From a bacterium (lineage in GTDB: Bacteria > Electryoneota > JAOADG01), in assembly GCA_963681965.1 (NCBI GenBank), contig OY820579.1, forward strand, positions 2,528,001-2,592,000: a stretch of 64,000 nt of DNA, read 5' to 3'. Below, piece after piece: positions 63,882-64,000 of this stretch. A program made the translations under genes and the position numbers. A model generated the notes under the pieces. That model ran no database searches. It was not told the DNA's origin and saw nothing but the letters and a program-made list of their open reading frames with translations. The stretch's first letter is position 1. Each line of letters starts with the position of its first letter.

Positions 63882-64000
63882 ATGAGTGGAATATTAATTG
63901 ACCGTTTAAGCGGTATTCATGGTATTCTCATGGCGTCATTCGAAGCTAGTGCAAAGATGTCCAGTTCAACTATAGGTTCAGAACGCGAAAACTTCGTCAA
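63882..64000 (+). CDS. 3'-truncated gene, possibly DUF6602/NucC-like nuclease N-terminus
   Basis: AGGAG RBS; MSGILIDRLSGIHGILMASFEASAKMSSSTIGSERENFV open to window end; the G.ERE.F motif is only suggestive. Confidence 0.45.
   Translation, partial: MSGILIDRLSGIHGILMASFEASAKMSSSTIGSERENFV

Larger units (their letters stand above)
30557..64000. mobile_element. Defence island / tandem genomic-island region
   Basis: Dense cluster of RM, restriction-like, TA and Abi-type genes, pseudogene fragments, patchy base composition and a serine recombinase. Confidence 0.75.

Overview
The window has two parts. Bases ~1-30.5 kb hold the late operon and right arm of a contractile-tailed (myovirus-like) prophage. 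In order, it carries a 5'-truncated gene fusing an adenine DNA methyltransferase to the prohead protease/scaffold, then capsid, neck, sheath, tube, a frameshifted tail chaperone, tape measure, baseplate (interrupted by an antisense Fic gene), a chain of tail-fibre genes and holins/amidase. It ends with an amidoligase-GGCT pair and a serine recombinase + two ParB-like genes. Bases ~30.5-64 kb are a defence/genomic-island region. It carries an HTH-ImmA/IrrE gene with a dead PIN partner, and an SNF2 helicase-DUF1156 MTase-DUF499 ATPase restriction-like operon coupled to a C5 MTase-GHKL/His-kinase-receiver module. Further along are a relic hsdS end followed by HEPN-like and RhuM genes, two type IV TA loci (one broken), and a reverse-strand large serine recombinase flanked by att-like repeats and a two-motif binding-site array. 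Last is a type I RM locus with a truncated hsdR and an embedded KAP NTPase. The most unusual signals are (i) a carbohydrate-binding-type domain split twice, at the same point, across consecutive tail-fibre genes, (ii) the MTase-protease-scaffold fusion, and (iii) the repeated att-like arms and the 13-bp/17-bp motif array around the serine recombinase. All product calls come from motifs and synteny read by eye; no database search was run.
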